Of a DNA stretch of 64,000 nt, positions 12,180 to 26,186 are shown one piece after another. The translations under genes were made by a program, and so were the position numbers. The notes under the pieces are model-generated. The model had not been told where the DNA came from. It did no database searches and saw nothing but the letters and a program-made list of their open reading frames with translations. Within the stretch, counting starts at the first letter, position 1; each line of letters begins with the position of its first letter. This DNA is from Felis catus (taxonomy: Eukaryota), in contig NC_058368.1 in assembly GCF_018350175.1 (NCBI RefSeq), forward strand, positions 26,228,001 to 26,292,000, read 5' to 3'.

Positions 12180-12295
12180 AATTTTTATTTTATTTCTAGT
12201 ACAAGTAACATGCAGTGTTAGTTTCAGGTATACAATATAGTCATTTAGCAATTCTGTGTGTTACTCAGTGCTCATCATAGTAAGTGTACTGTCAC
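12180..12295 (-). mobile_element. Short carnivore L1 3' end fragment
   Basis: gtgttagtttcaggtatacaatatagt...ttactcagtgctcatcatagtaagtgtact. Confidence 0.7.
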
Positions 12296-14049
12296 TTTTT
12301 GATAGGCCTTTTCTGACATAACAATCTAAACTCAGGTTCTTTGTAAGTACTCTTTAATAGTACCTTGATTATTTATAGTGTTTATTACAGTTTAATGATT
12401 TTCTGTGCATATGTGATTATGTGATGATTTTAAGCTTCATGGACAGAGATGTTTGATTTGCTGTTATATATCCAAAGTATATTTCAGTGCTTAACAGGTG
12501 GATGCTTAGTAAAAATTTGCTTAATGAATAAATGAAACAAATTGGCATAAGAGAAGGACAACTTTTTAAAAACACTATTATGGTATATTTGAAAGGTAAA
12601 TACGTTCTGTATGGATGATCATGTGATACCATTGTTTCCTCCTTGAATAGAGATGAATCAGAATTAATTGATTATTTTGCTGTGTTTTGAGCCAAAAAAG
12701 CAATGCTTAGTTATTGCTTTAAACAAGCATTTTGTTTTATGTTTATGCTTATTTTGTATTTACTTTTGTTTATGCCAGTAAAAGTTTTCCAACTGGAATA
12801 AGACCAAGAAAAACTGATTTACTTCAAAGTTAGACTATCAGTATTCTTTATCCACTTTTGACTGGTTCATCTACTCAGCGTATAATGATTCTTAAATAGT
12901 ATCCAAGTATTGTGTTGGAAGTCCTTTGGTGCAGTTTCAGCTGTTGAAAATATAAACATTGAACTTATAAAAATGTCATCTGTTTGTATTAAGAACATTT
13001 TAAAAAAATTAAACAGGTTAGTAAGTAGTAAGTTAATTACTCGTTTAAAGTTCCTAACTGATCTATATTACTTACAGTCATTACGGTTACTTATTATTGA
13101 ACAGGTAAGTAATGGATTATGTAAAAGGAGATGAGAAAGGTTTGACAGTGATCAGAATTAGCAGTAAATTAATTGATTATGGGTATTAAATGGGAGTAAA
13201 ACAGCATTAAGAGATGAGGTCTTTACTTTTAAGGCTGGGGTAATTAAAAACAGAAGGGAAGATGTGGAATGTGATGTTGTAGTGCAACGGTCAGCAGGTG
13301 TTGACTGGGGAGAAGATTTACTGTGGTTAGATCATGGTGTGGATCTACCGTGGTATGGGTGGTATTGTCCTTCCTCTTCCATGCAGCCATAGAGTAAAGG
13401 GTTACTATGAACTTCACATAGTTAAGATAGATGTGATAGCATCTTATTTTTCCAGGTCTCCTAGATTATTTTTGTAATATTAACTCACCACTCCGGTTGG
13501 GGAACTTACAATACTGTGGGTACATGTCTGAGTATTCCTTTTTTGAGTAAGTTCTAGTTGGATTGATTATAAAACTGCTGATTGTGATGAGACTTCATTC
13601 CCTGCCAGCTCATCTACTTACCTAATTTCTTTGGTTATTAGGCTTTCTTAGTGTGCATTCACGTGGTAATAACCAGCATATTAACTAGTTAGGAATGCTT
13701 TGAAGGTATAAGCTTACAACTTAAATAATCTAGCACTAAATTTTTGCTGTGATATGGCTGTGATACATTTCTGCTGGTGATAGTATTAAAACCTTACTCT
13801 TGTATGATTTTGGGGGTGAGTGTTTTTAACAAAGTACTTTGAAATAGATTATATCCCCTTGAGTCCTAGCAGTCTTAAAGTTGATAGGATGCTTTTATTC
13901 AGTTTTCACAGAGGAAGAAGCTGAGTCTCTGATTCATTTATTTAGTTGTTGATTAAATACTGAGTTACCTACCTATTATGTACTGGTTTTAGCTTGTTCA
14001 TAGATTGTAACAATTTAGTAGTAAGAGTAGTGGTAATAGTTGTAGGAGA

Positions 14050-14270
14050 GTTGGAAATTACAGTACTTACGTGCAACACTGTTTTAAGCGCTTGACATAA
14101 ATCAACTTATTTAATTCTCAGAACAGGCTTATTGGTTGTAAGTACCATTATTATCCCCATTTTGCAGGTGAAGAAATTGAGGCATAGGATAATTATGGAA
14201 CTTATTCAGGGTCACATAGCTAGTAAGTGGGAGCTGGGATTTAAATCCAGGCAGTTTGGTTTCCTTCCAG
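14050..14270 (-). mobile_element. MIR SINE
   Basis: attattatccccattttgcaggtgaagaaattgaggca...gtcacatagctagtaagtgggagctgggatttaaatccagg. Confidence 0.85.
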
Positions 14271-16228
14271 AGTTTGTGCTTTTCACAACCTTTGTGCTCT
14301 GTTGGCCTCTGTAGCATGTGATCAGAATGGAGCTGTTCTGACCGTTGTTTTCTCAGTCAGCTTTCATGTATTGGAGGGCATTGGCAACTGCAGATATTTC
14401 TTATCTTGTTCAGTCCTCAGAAACTCTTATTTTGATCTTGGAAGTGTGAGCGGGGATGCTACTCTTGTTCTTGCATTCAAGAATATAACCTCCATGAGAA
14501 CAAAGACTTTACCCACTGCATGTGATAGTGCCTGGTTCATGGTTATGTTTTGAAATATTTGTTGAATAAGTGAGTTGACATGTGCAGAGCCCCTCCCCCA
14601 CCAAACATCCAGGATAGGGATATCATTACTGCCAAATATTCTGCCATCCTATTACCATTATATGCATGGCCATTCTGATATACAGGAGTAAGTTTCAGTT
14701 CTCCGCAGATATATTACTTTGCCTGTTATATTAGATTCTCTATGCTTCCCCTTCACCAGCCTATCAAATGATAGGTTACTCAATACCAATTTATTGAGTA
14801 AGTACTAGATGTAAATTATTCCATAGTAATGGTGTTGACAAGATGTAATCAAACATGGTTCTTATCCTCAGAGAGTGTATATGACATATACATGGAGAAA
14901 TTATATGACAACATAAGAGCTAAAGAACATTTTTAAATGACATGAAATATGAAATCAACAAATCAGAAATTTGGAGCTGGAAATCTTGTGATCTTGTTCA
15001 ACTCTTGGTTTATAGATGGAAGAACAAGTTCAGAGAGGCTAAGTGAATTCTCAGATGGTGCTACAAAATGTTTCTTAGACTAACTGGAACTCTAGTCTTG
15101 AAGATGACATAGGAAATTGCATTCAAAGTTTACAGGTGGGATAGAATTGACCTTTGGTGGGTAAGGGTTGTACAGTTATTTGAGTGGACTTTTTGAAAGC
15201 TTTGGGTTGAAGGAGAACGTTTCAGGCAAGAGAGTATTAATAAAAAGGGGAAGAAATAAGAAAAACATTCAGGACATCGGTAATGTAACAGTTGGCCTTA
15301 AAAGAAGTAACTGAAGATTAAATTGGGGAGTGATCTGGCCCTCAACACTTGTTGACTAAATCACCTTCAATTTATGCTAATTTATATTAGTATAAAAGAA
15401 ATCTGTAATTTGGATTGTAGTGGGGTACACTTGGAAGCAGAAAAGGCCGGGCCAGTGAGGAAATTATGTTTTTTTTCTGTTATTAATGCATGAAGGAAAT
15501 ACATTAGAAGAATAGTGATTTTCAATATAAAATGATTCAGTACAGAAGTCCTTTGGTTAGCAGATTTCTCAGTTTATAAAAATACTGTATTCACTTTCCT
15601 AGCCTGTGTTCCCTCAAAACAATGTATTTCTCTTCTCGTGTTTTCTTTTGAAAAACAAACAGACAAAAATAGCGTAATTTCCCAGAAAGGCTATTATCTA
15701 TAGCTGTAGTTTTAAAGGTCTGAAGGATAAGTGGTTATAACCTTCAGGTAGGATGTTTGGCAATTTAATGTTTTCATAGGGTTCATCTGTGTCTAATCCA
15801 AAGCAGATGTGTCCCAAATATACTTAGTAGTGAAAAACCCAAGTGAATGTGGACTTATATTTTAGGATTGGTTCTTAACACATTAGTGATCATAGAGACT
15901 TTTGCCTGCTTTCTTTTCATATATTCAATTGCCAGTCTCTTCCAGGCAGTGGAAAGAAGAGGAATTATTTCTTCCTATCCCTCTGAGCACTCCTATGTCT
16001 CTACAAAAAGGGAAATGGCATATGCAGTTATTTGAAATGTTAAAAGCCTTAGTGCTGTCATTGACACTAAATGTGAGTAATTTGATTATTTTACTGACAT
16101 TTAAAGTGCCATCAAACTAACTTATTCCTTTATATGTTGGTACCTTTTTTCACTTCACTTGCCTTTTTAAATTTTGAGAATATGTTCATATATGTGTGGA
16201 TATACGTATAAAGGAATATAATTTTAAA

Positions 16229-16439
16229 TTAATTTTTTTTCAACGTTTATTTTTGGGACAGAGAGAGAGAGAGCATGAACGGGGGAGGGGCAGAGAGAGA
16301 GGGAGACACAGAATCGGAAACAGGCTCCAGGCTCTGAGCCATCAGCCCAGAGCCTGACGCGGGGCTCGAACTCACGGACCGCGAGATCGTGACCTGGCTG
16401 AAGTCGGACGCTCAACCGACTGCGCCACCCAGGCGCCCC
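16229..16439 (-). mobile_element. Young full-length felid Can-SINE (SINEC_Fc type)
   Basis: Head rc ggggcgcctgggtggcgcagtcggttgagcgtccgacttcagcc, CT-rich linker, CpGs intact. Perfect 20-bp TSD taaaggaatataattttaaa at 16209-16228 and 16440-16459. Confidence 0.97.
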
Positions 16440-19400
16440 TAAAGGAATATAATTTTAAAAGGACATTTTGAAATTCTTAGATTACAAAATATCCTATGTA
16501 TTTGAAAGGATATAATTTAATAAGTGTTTACACAGCACTGTTTCTATCCTTAAGGAGAGCATATTCATTCAAGAATAAGTATATGTTTATACATACATAT
16601 ATGTGTACACACACACATGTACATGAAAGAAAAAGATAATAGGTAACAGGCTCCATATATTAGTCTCCTACTAATTTTGGTCCTTTGCTTCAGTTTTTTC
16701 ACCTATTTATAATGTATTTTATTTTGTAGTATTTATATCTACCTTGGTAGGTTGCTTGAAGCATTTTAGGGAATGACTTGGGATAGAAGTTCAATAAATG
16801 GGAAAAGTATGGCAAGGGTAGGATATATGTTATGAGAGATATGAATAAAACAGTATTGGGAATCAAAGTAAAAATCACATGCCTTTTAAGAGGTGACATT
16901 TGAGACAAGTTTGATAGCTACGAGGATTAGTAGGTTATTTTAGTAGAGAAAACTACACCAAAAAGGCTCAAATTATAGGGAATATTTATGGAAAAGAGCA
17001 TAGGAAATTGCCTAAGTTGGTAGGCAATGGTGTCTGTATACAAGAATATAGAAAATGAAAGCTACCTTTGAAAATCCTTAAAGGCAGAACTGAGAAGTCT
17101 GTATTTAATTGGTCATGGAGTGGAGGGCCCCTTTTAGTTTTTGTGCTATGTAGTGGCCTAGTCCCAGTGATGGGTTTTAGGGAATTGCTGACTTTACTCG
17201 GGATGTCTAGTTGTTTCCTTCCCTAATGGGGTATCAGGAGCTCAGTAATTCCTTTTTCTGTCACTGGTGGAAACCGAGGTATATTGTCTTTGTAGTTGCA
17301 ATCTGAGATAATGGTTTGAATCAGTGACCTTGGCCTCATTAGAAGCGCCAAGGAGGTAAGGACCCAGTCCACACATGGTAACAGTCCACTCACTAATCCA
17401 GAGGTTGAACACTGGTAACTTAATCCTTTGGACTAAAGACTTCCAAATTGGTTGAAATTGCTGTCAAAAAATAAAGCAATGTAGGTGCCCCATCTCCCAG
17501 GAGGGGTGGGCTATTTTTGCATAGCAGATTTGGTCCTTTTTTATACTATTTTTTTTTATTAAAGTCTTACTGTTTACTAGCTTTATCATCTTAAAGCGGA
17601 TGAGGGAGGAAGGGGAAAGAAAAGAAATGGGGCTCTAAGGCAGGTAAGGTGACATTGGGAAAGTAGCAGCTTATAGCCTGATAGCAAAGTAGGAGTTAGA
17701 AATTTAAGAATACCCCAAAGAAACATATAGTATTGAATGTTCACCAGTTGAAAGTAGGATTATGAGTTAGGTAACAACCCACTTACTTACATCATAAGGA
17801 TGTTTTTGTTTATGCTTAATATGAAGTTTATTTTCTTGGTTGTGTTTTTTAGGCAGTGTTGTGGTATTTTCAGCAATGACAAGGATTCTCTTTTGTTCAG
17901 GAAATACTCATGCTTTAAAAATTACTTCTTAAAGGTGATAGGCAATGAAAGTGATATTATTAGCAAATTTATTTTAGAAAAAATCCTGCTTTATAAGTTC
18001 CTTTTTTTGCTGGATTTTGTTCAGGTGTACTGCTTTGGGTGCAAGGTGGTGAGGTGAATTGAGAAAATGCTGGTTTTGGCAGTGCTGTCCACTGTTCAGG
18101 TGCTGATAAGCCGTCAAATGTCTGAGTTTTTCCTTTTCTTCCTCTTTTTAGACTTTATCACTGTAGTTTGTCTTAACTTCCCTTTCAGAGTTCAGCTTGG
18201 AGCCATGCCTTCTGTTCGTTGATGCTCCTCCATGTTGTTGTAGAATCTTGGAATAAAGGATCTGACTCCTAAACTGTTCTTCAGCTAAATTGGGGATCTA
18301 CCAAACATTATTTACTAGTTATTCTCTGAAATGACAGCAGAATTTGTAAGTTTGTACAACTGGTTGTATTTTATTATTAGCTTTACCTGTTTTCCTAGGA
18401 AGGAAGGGTGGACCCAGAATGAGGAGATAAGTGCAAATTAGATAGCTTAATGTTTCCTGTCTTCATTCTTGAATCCCATGATAATTAACCATGATACTGA
18501 ACCCCAATCCTTTTAGGAACAAGTATGTTTAATGCTTACTGAAGGAACATAATAAATGAATTGTCAGCCTCTTTAGCTCTTTTTTTTTGGTAAATTTATA
18601 TAAGATTGATGGTAAATTTGCAGGGGTCTTAAGGATTGTATGACAGATGATTCTAAAATTTCTTTTTCTTTTACTGTATTATTGGCTGATGTATTATTTA
18701 AGTAAAATATTATCAAGTTAAGTAACTTGGTCGCATAACTACTAAATGATGGAGCAAGTATTCCATTAGGTGATTTGATTCCAAAGCTTGTACTCTTAAC
18801 CATTCTGGAGATTGCCTTGGCCCACTGATATGCAGCAAGAGGTGATAGCTGACAACCATAAAAAGTGGTCCTTAGCCTATGAGGATGGAGACATTTGGCC
18901 CCATAGACTTCATTATAGAGTTGTACAGTGACTGATGTTCCTAATGATGATCCTTTCAATCTTAATTTAGTTATTGCTTTCTCTTAATCTTATTTTCTCC
19001 TAACTAACTCTCTTAATTTTGAAAACATTTTCTAATCCAAATGATTAAATTTTCCAAAATTTTGCTGAAGAATAAACTTCAAATTTGGAAAATTAGTTTA
19101 ATTGGAATCCAATTTTTAAGACTAAGTGAGTATACAGATAGTTTTATGACATGAACCTTTCAGTAAGTAGATTAGTAGCCTTGCATTGGTCTCATTTAGT
19201 GAGGTTTTACTATAAGCTGTTGATACTTAGGATATATATATTTTTAATGCTTAACATGATCCAATTACATGAAGATAATTTTTAAAGTATAAAACTCACT
19301 TTAATTAGTTGAATTATAATGGTACATTTTATGACTCAGATCTTTAATTTTGAATGGTGATAGCTTATATTCATCTTGTGCTTATTGGAACAAGAAAATG

Positions 19401-19558
19401 TTTTGAAATATGTGAATGCTTTTATATTAAGTTGAAAAACAGGATTTACTTTGGCTCTTTGCTTATTATCTTAGAAGAGCTTATTATTTTTTTTATGAGA
19501 TAATTGCATTAGGTGTTCTTTTAATTTAAAGTTTTTAATTTAAAGCTTTTACAATAGA

Positions 19559-19769
19559 GGGGTGCCTGTGTGGCTCAGTCAGTTAAGCGTCCAACTTCGG
19601 CTCGGGTCATGATCTCACGGTTTGTGAGTTCGAGCCCTGTGTCAGGCTCTGCTGATAGCACAGAGCCTGGAGCCCACTTTGAATTCTGTGTCTCCCTCTC
19701 TCGCTGCCCCTCCCCTGCTCACGCTTTGTCTCTCTCTCAGAAATAAACAAACGTTAAAAAAAATTTTTT
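19559..19769 (+). mobile_element. Full-length felid-type Can-SINE
   Basis: ggggtgcctgtgtggctcagtcagttaagcgtcc...CT-rich...aataaa; imperfect TSD aagcttttacaataga / aagtttttacagtaga. Confidence 0.95.
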
Positions 19770-20879
19770 AAGTTTTTACAGTAGAACTGCTTTCCTTCAT
19801 TTTCATCATATTTTTCCTGATTTATAAACATTGGAACTATAGAAAGAAGCAATTGGAATTTTTTAAAAATTATAGTTAACAGTAAAGATCTTAAAGGATA
19901 TAATAATTTATTTAATAGTAATATAAATCCTAATCATTTTTTCCATAATTTCACTTCCCACTAATACGACTTTCACATCATGTACAAGTTGATTGCATTT
20001 CTAGGCATTTTATTTATTGATATACTTTGAAAGCCTAAATTTGCCATTCTCCCCAATCCGTGTAGGCAATCACCTTGAAGGGAGAATGTTTTAAAAGTGG
20101 GATTGCCTTTTATGAAATGGAAACCCACTTTGGGTTTTTTCTTGTATTTAAAGATTTAGTTCCTTTTCTAGCTGTACTCACATTTTTATTAGCTCATGAG
20201 GATCTACCAGTTGCTTATTAAATTTGCTTATTAAGAAATGAGTCCAATATGCAAAAACAAAAGCTTTTAACAAGTAGACACGTTGGCCTAACAAAACCCA
20301 AATTGTGCTGTATTTGAGGTTATAAATATGTGACCTGAATGCTGTAAATGCCATTTAGTGGTCTGAGTTAGAGACTCAACATGTGAATAGGGGAGAAGAA
20401 ACAGAAACAGAAAGGTATAGAAGACCTTTAAAAAGGATGGAAGGGAAAGAGGAGGATCTGGTGATAATTGATAAGTTAATAGAGAATTTTGTTGCCTACA
20501 TCTGTAAATCTAGCTATATAAAATATTTTAGAAAAACATCCAAGCTAGTTTAAGCAGTTGTCTGTTAGCCAGTGAGGCTTTTTATAGTACTAATCTTTCC
20601 TGGTATTGTGATGATTTATTTACTTAAGAAATACTTGAATGCTTGTTATGTATGCTAGCACAGAACAAAAGTACTAAGGATAAAAAGAAAAATCATGGTT
20701 TTGGTCTTCAAGAGTTTTGTCTAGTACTCTGAAAAAGCATCATAAGATCTTGGTATATCTTCTGAATTATTCAAATTGAGTTATATATGCTTAGTTTCTG
20801 TATATGGTGTGCATGACAGCTTTTTAATTCAAATTGATTAATTTAGGCTATGGATTAACAAAGAGCACAGAGCACAATG

Positions 20880-21115
20880 AGGTAGAGTTAATGAGCATTA
20901 GCTTTGGCATCAGATCTGATGTCTAATCTTGTTTATGCTACCTCTTCATTGTATGGCCTTTGTAAATATAAATGTAAGCCCCAAGTTTCTTACCTGTGAA
21001 GTGGGGGTAATAGCTACCCTTGAACTGTTGTTGGGAGGATTAAAGGAGATAAAGGCTGTAATGCATACCTAGCTCAGTTCTTAGTAGTTTTTGTAAATGG
21101 TAGCTGCTTTTATTA
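20880..21115 (+). mobile_element. MIR SINE
   Basis: gctttggcatcagatctg...agtttcttacctgtgaagtgggggtaatagctacc...gttgggaggattaaa. Confidence 0.75.
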
Positions 21116-23022
21116 CTGTGCAAATAAGAATGATTCCTTTCATAAGCACTGTAAATTAAAATTAAAAGCTTGCTTACATATTCAGTCCTTCTACATACCA
21201 TAGCCTTCTGAACCAGTGATTCTGCACCTTTGTGACATTTTTGGTATAGCCTTTCTCCCCTAGGTCTCTGTAAGAGAAATAATTCCTATAGGAAAACAGT
21301 GACTACTCTCAATCCTCCTAAGAATGGTATATATCTGGTATTAGCATTCTAGATGCATATGAGAAAAGGGAATTTATTACTTAATAATAGAGGCACCAGG
21401 GATTAAGTCTTCTGAATCCTAGACTGCTGGGACTATATCATATCTAAGTATTTGAGAAGTGCTTTGAAATTCTTGAATTTACAGAAACAAAGTTGTTACA
21501 AAGCACATCTTCCTTTCTTTCTTTATGAGGGTGGGGGTTACTTGCAAGGACTATAGTGTCTTGTAGCAGTTTGTTAATATTTCCAAACTAGAACTATTAC
21601 CCTAATCAAGTGATTCTTAAACTTTTTCATTGTAAAGATTATTTTAGATGGGCATAGTGCCTTGAATACCATCCGTTCCCTACTCAATCCCATATGGGAC
21701 TGAAGACTGTCTCCTTAGAATGGATGGAATTAATGTTTGCTTTTAATAAGATAATGAGTTCAGTACCTGGTTTTTAGGTTTCAAAGATTCATTGAACTGG
21801 ATTTTTAAATCTAGTATAAAAGTTTCAAAAGTAGTGTTTTTGGAATACCAGTTCTTTAAGCCAAAAAAAAAAAACCCCAAAACAAAAACACAATTCTTAG
21901 AACCCAGGAATTTTGGGGAATGCTTTTTGTTATATATATCTTGGAGGTTGACATTGCGTTTTAATGTATTAAAGACCAAGAAATTCTACAGAAGAGAGAC
22001 AATTTTGTTTATTGACTACCAACCTTAGCAACCTTTTTGATCATCTGACATTTATTAATGTCCTGTAGAACTTGTGATCCTTGTAACATACTTTGGGAAA
22101 TGTTAATCCCCTTCAATTTATATACAAAAAAATGTTCTGTGTCATATAGTTAAGTAATGGTGGCAGACTCCAACTGGATCCCATCTCTACAACTACCCCT
22201 AACCGTTCCTTTTCTGCTATATCACCCTATTTTTCATAAGTATTTGATTTATATTAGAAATAAAAGTAAAATTGTTGTCATGTGAGTATATATACCAAGT
22301 GAACCATCTGGCAGAAGTTTCAGAACATATTTTGAGAACTACAGTACTGACATATTTGCAGCCTCATTTAATTGGCCCCATCATTATAAATGCAGACCTT
22401 AGGAATAGATTTCACATGAGTTAGTATATTCTTGGGGGAAATCTGTAAATAGGATAGAAAGTATCCCCATGTTAACTCTGTAAACATTCAGAGATAGGGA
22501 GGCTGATCAGTTTGTTCTATGCTTTGATTACCATTAATGTAGAACATTTTACTAACATTGTGTGTCTTCTGTTTTAGAGTTAAGCTTGATGTTGCTAACA
22601 AAGTGTAGGAGCCAACTAAATGTTATCATCTCTCATTCATCCATTTCCTATGTTGCACCTATTTGAGAAATGGATTAAGAGTATCAAAAGGGATGTCCCA
22701 TTCTGAGGAGAAAAATTGAAGTCTTTTGGGGACTAAAAGATTTATTAAATGGGTGAAAAGAATGATTCTTGGAGATGTTTCTGACGATACATTGGTTGAT
22801 TAAGGAAGGAATTTTTGGTTCTTTTAGGAATGTCTTTGAAAGTAGACCACTGTAAAACTGCAGAAAGAATTTTTAAAACTACTAGCTGCATTTGACAGTT
22901 TCAGAAGATCTGAAGGAGGACTGTAAAGAGATTTTTTTTCTACTTTAAAGTACTATACTCAATAAAATTTGAAGAGTGACTTGTTAAAATATGTGAAAGA
23001 TTATACATGAATTTCATTTCTT

Positions 23023-23230
23023 TTTTTTTTTTTTAAAGTTTATTTATTTTTGAGAGAGAGCGCATGACTGGGGAAGGGGTAGAGAAAGGGAGAGAGAGGG
23101 AATCTCAAGCAGGCTCCCTGCTGTTAGCACAGGACCCAATGCAGAGTTTGAACTCGGGAACCTTGAGATCATGATCTGAGCTGAGACCAAGAGTTGGAGA
23201 CTTAACTGACTGAGCAACCCAGGAGCCCCC
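23023..23230 (-). mobile_element. Can-SINE
   Basis: Poly(T), GA-rich linker, ...gagatcatgatctgagctgagaccaagagttggagacttaactgactgagcaacccaggagcccc; TSD atgaatttcatttctt at 23007-23022 and 23231-23246. Confidence 0.95.
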
Positions 23231-24789
23231 ATGAATTTCATTTCTTAATGAAGGTACATCCATAAGTGAAGTTGTCTCACATGCTGTATTGAGAACTTGA
23301 GTAGCATTGGCACTTTCAAGGGCTTAATCCAAGATCTGTTGTGGCTTTTACAAAATTTTATTGATAGCCCATATAATGCTAACTAAACTTCCTGTATGCC
23401 TTATATCAAATTGTATTTCTTAAATTATATCAAATCATATTCTTAAGTTATTAACTTGATGGTGGTGATAATTCTTTTCCCTTTGTACTTTTTTACTATT
23501 TTTGGAAATATTTTCCCTTTCAAGACATAGATTGTGACAATAAAATCTTATACCCCAAATGTTTGGAAAGTGGAATCAGATATGAAAGTGTTGAATGGTC
23601 AGTAAAATACCAGGATTAAAGTATTTTTCCAGTACTTAAATATAGAATGGCATATCAGGTCAGGCATTTCTCATTTTACTGGTGTATATTCTTATTACTG
23701 TTAGGAAATGAACTACCTGATTAGTTGATCAATACATGCGTTCTTAATTTCCAGTGGAACAGATACCCTCTCTCTAAAACTCATGAGTGATTATTGATAT
23801 TATGACTTTTTTTTTTTTTTTTGTCACTGGTATATAATTTATCTGGACATTGAGGCTCCATCAATTATATATAATAGAATAGAGTAGATTGAAGGCATTA
23901 TTTGTAATTAGATATCTGTTTTGTCTTTTAAAAAACTTAAAGAATTGGAAAGCACCCTGTTCTTATTATATAAAGTTATATTGCTTCTAATATCATGTTT
24001 ACATTTATATGATTATATTATATCGATTTTTATTAGACTTCAATTGAGATGGAGGAGGCAGGTGACGTTTGATCCCATCTTAAATATAGAAGAATTTCAG
24101 TAGGTACATTGCAAGCTCTCTGCAAATAATTTTTTTAAAATGTTGCAATTTAGGACAACTATAACATCCATTCAGAGTATTGTTTACTCTGTAATAAATC
24201 GAAGATTGTTCTCTGGGTAGTAGAATTGAGCTGTCAGAGAATAAAGTCTAATTTTTTGCCAGATTATTATTTTAATCCTGCTCATGATAGAAATGATGAC
24301 TTAAGTTGTAGATATGTTTAAATTACATTAAGATAATTGAACTCATTAAACTCTTCATGAAATTCTTAATGCATTTAAGAGTACTGCATATATTGTTTGT
24401 TAGGCAAGTCAATGGATGTGCAAACTAGAAATTCAAATAAAAAAAACTTTTGGCATCTTGCTTCTTTGTAGACACTTAAAAGGTAAGAGAGATTTCTGAT
24501 TACCATTCCAATATACTTTTAGATTTAGGGTTTTCAAGCTCAATAGAAACGTGTTTCTAGATTATTTTGCAGATAGTGAGTTTTGCTACACTTTCTAAGT
24601 ATTATTGCCTTGTCAAACTTTCATAGGTTGATAGAAATGATGAAGCAAATAACTATCAACTGATCTATGTTTAAATGAAATTGAAGGAAAGAATTTCAGA
24701 ATTCTAGTTAAAACAGAATGTATGTATATTTATTTAACATATGAATATTTTATTCTGAGGACAATGGAAAGCCTTTGGAGGGGTTTTGT

Positions 24790-24960
24790 TAAGTTTATTT
24801 ATTTATTTATTTTGAGAAGGGGGAGGAGGTTGGGGGGCAGAGAGAGAATCCCAAGCAGGCTCCACACTGGCAGCGTGGAACCCAAATTGGGGCTTGAACT
24901 CACAAACGCTTGCCATCATGACCTGAGTGAAAATCAAGACTGAGCCACCCAGGTGCCCCC
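24790..24960 (-). mobile_element. Can-SINE with internal deletion
   Basis: gagagaatcccaagcaggctcc...ggggcttgaactcac...gactgagccacccaggtgcccc. Confidence 0.9.
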
Positions 24961-25059
24961 AGAATGTTTATTTTAGCTGTTGGTCATATACTAAGTATTT
25001 ATAAAGAAAATATTTATGTTAATGAAAATAACATGACTTGGAAAAGTATAAAATTAGTT

Positions 25060-25282
25060 AAAACTCAGGATCCTGGAGACAAAGTGGTTTTGAATTTCTC
25101 TATTGCTTACTAGGTGTATGATCTTAGGTGAGTTACTTCACTAATTTGTGCCTTAGTTTTTCTTATCAATAAAATTGTGATTATTTTAATATTGTATATG
25201 TCAGAGTTAGAGGATTGAATAAGGCAGTATATCTATAATGCATAATATATTGTTTGCTATATATGAGGCTCAATAAATGTTA
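25060..25282 (+). mobile_element. MIR SINE
   Basis: gcttactaggtgtatgatcttaggtgagttactt...gtgccttagtttt...ggctcaataaatgtt. Confidence 0.7.
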
Positions 25283-25294
25283 AAAAATAAAATA

Positions 25295-25458
25295 AAAATT
25301 TTGAGTTTATTTTTGAAAGGGAGAGTGAGAGAGCGAGCACACACACGCATGTGAGCAAGGGGGAGGGGCAGAGAGCACAATCCAGTGGGGTTCTGGACTC
25401 AGGAACCTGAGCCAAAATCAAGAGTTGAAGTTTAACTGACTGAGCTACCTAGGTACCA
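25295..25458 (-). mobile_element. Degenerate Can-SINE
   Basis: tttattttgaaagggagag...ggggaggggcagaga...acctgagccaaaatcaagagttg...taactgactgagctacctagg. Confidence 0.8.
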
Positions 25459-25513
25459 GATGATCATGAATATTTGTAACTGATTTTATAATTGAAAGTA
25501 GAGTAAATTATTT

Positions 25514-25631
25514 GGGGGGCTCCTGGCTGGCTCAGGTGGAAGAGCATGTAACTCTTGATCTTGGGTTGTGTGTTTGAGCCCTACCTTGGGTATAGAGATT
25601 ACTTAAGTGATTTTAATTAAAAAAAAAAAAA
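25514..25631 (+). mobile_element. Short tRNA-derived Can-SINE
   Basis: ggggctcctggctggctcag...gagcatgtaactcttgatctt...tttgagccc...agagattactt plus A tail; aaattatttggg on both flanks. Confidence 0.85.
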
Positions 25632-26186
25632 TTATTTGGGAGTGTCATTATTTTTAAGTAAAAAAAAATGCAAGAGGGACACTTATGACACTAAGCTTTG
25701 TTTCCTATGGACATTTTTAAAGAAAACAATGAGAATTTTTTATTCCTTCTATTTTTATAATACAGCAGTGTAAGTTCATATATAATAATTTAAATTGGAA
25801 GTGCTTTTGTTTTTTTATCCATCTTTTCTATCGTATGTTTGCTGTAGTCTAAAGTTAATTTCTACGCTAGTTGCTTGACATAAACATAATTTAGTTTTTC
25901 TGTTTGTAGGTGGGAAGATTTTGTCTTTTGATCTCTTCTATACTTTCTTCTGAATCAGTTCTCTGTATAGAGAACTATTTACCAAAGATATTAAAAAACT
26001 TAAGACTATCACCATGTGATTAATTTTCTGGTACTAGTATAGAATAGGACAATGCTGTTATTTCCATGAGGATGACTTTTAAATAAAGATTAGTGTAAGC
26101 TTTTCAAATTAAAAAATGTAGACTTATATTTCTTAGTGGACATTTCATAGGTGTGTCAAATATGGTACCTTATTCAGACTTTCTCA

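Larger units (their letters stand above)
10990..12540 (+). mobile_element. L2 LINE 3' region, interrupted by two L1 3'-end fragments
   Basis: Pyrimidine-rich L2 body ending ...gcttagtaaaaatttgcttaatgaataaatgaa (L2 tail). Confidence 0.7.

Noticed and set aside
16224..16415. ORFs such as 16224-16415, 23044-23241, 26174-26382, 45075-45305, 55233-55448 and 63358-63672
   Set aside because: All are translations of Can-SINE sequence (…GHDL..REFEPR.. / ..SAQVMIS.. patterns).
17313..17349. Short antisense resemblance to tRNA-Ile (gaccttggcctcattag)
   Set aside because: Only about 35 nt and diverged; at most a relic of an ancient tRNA-derived SINE.
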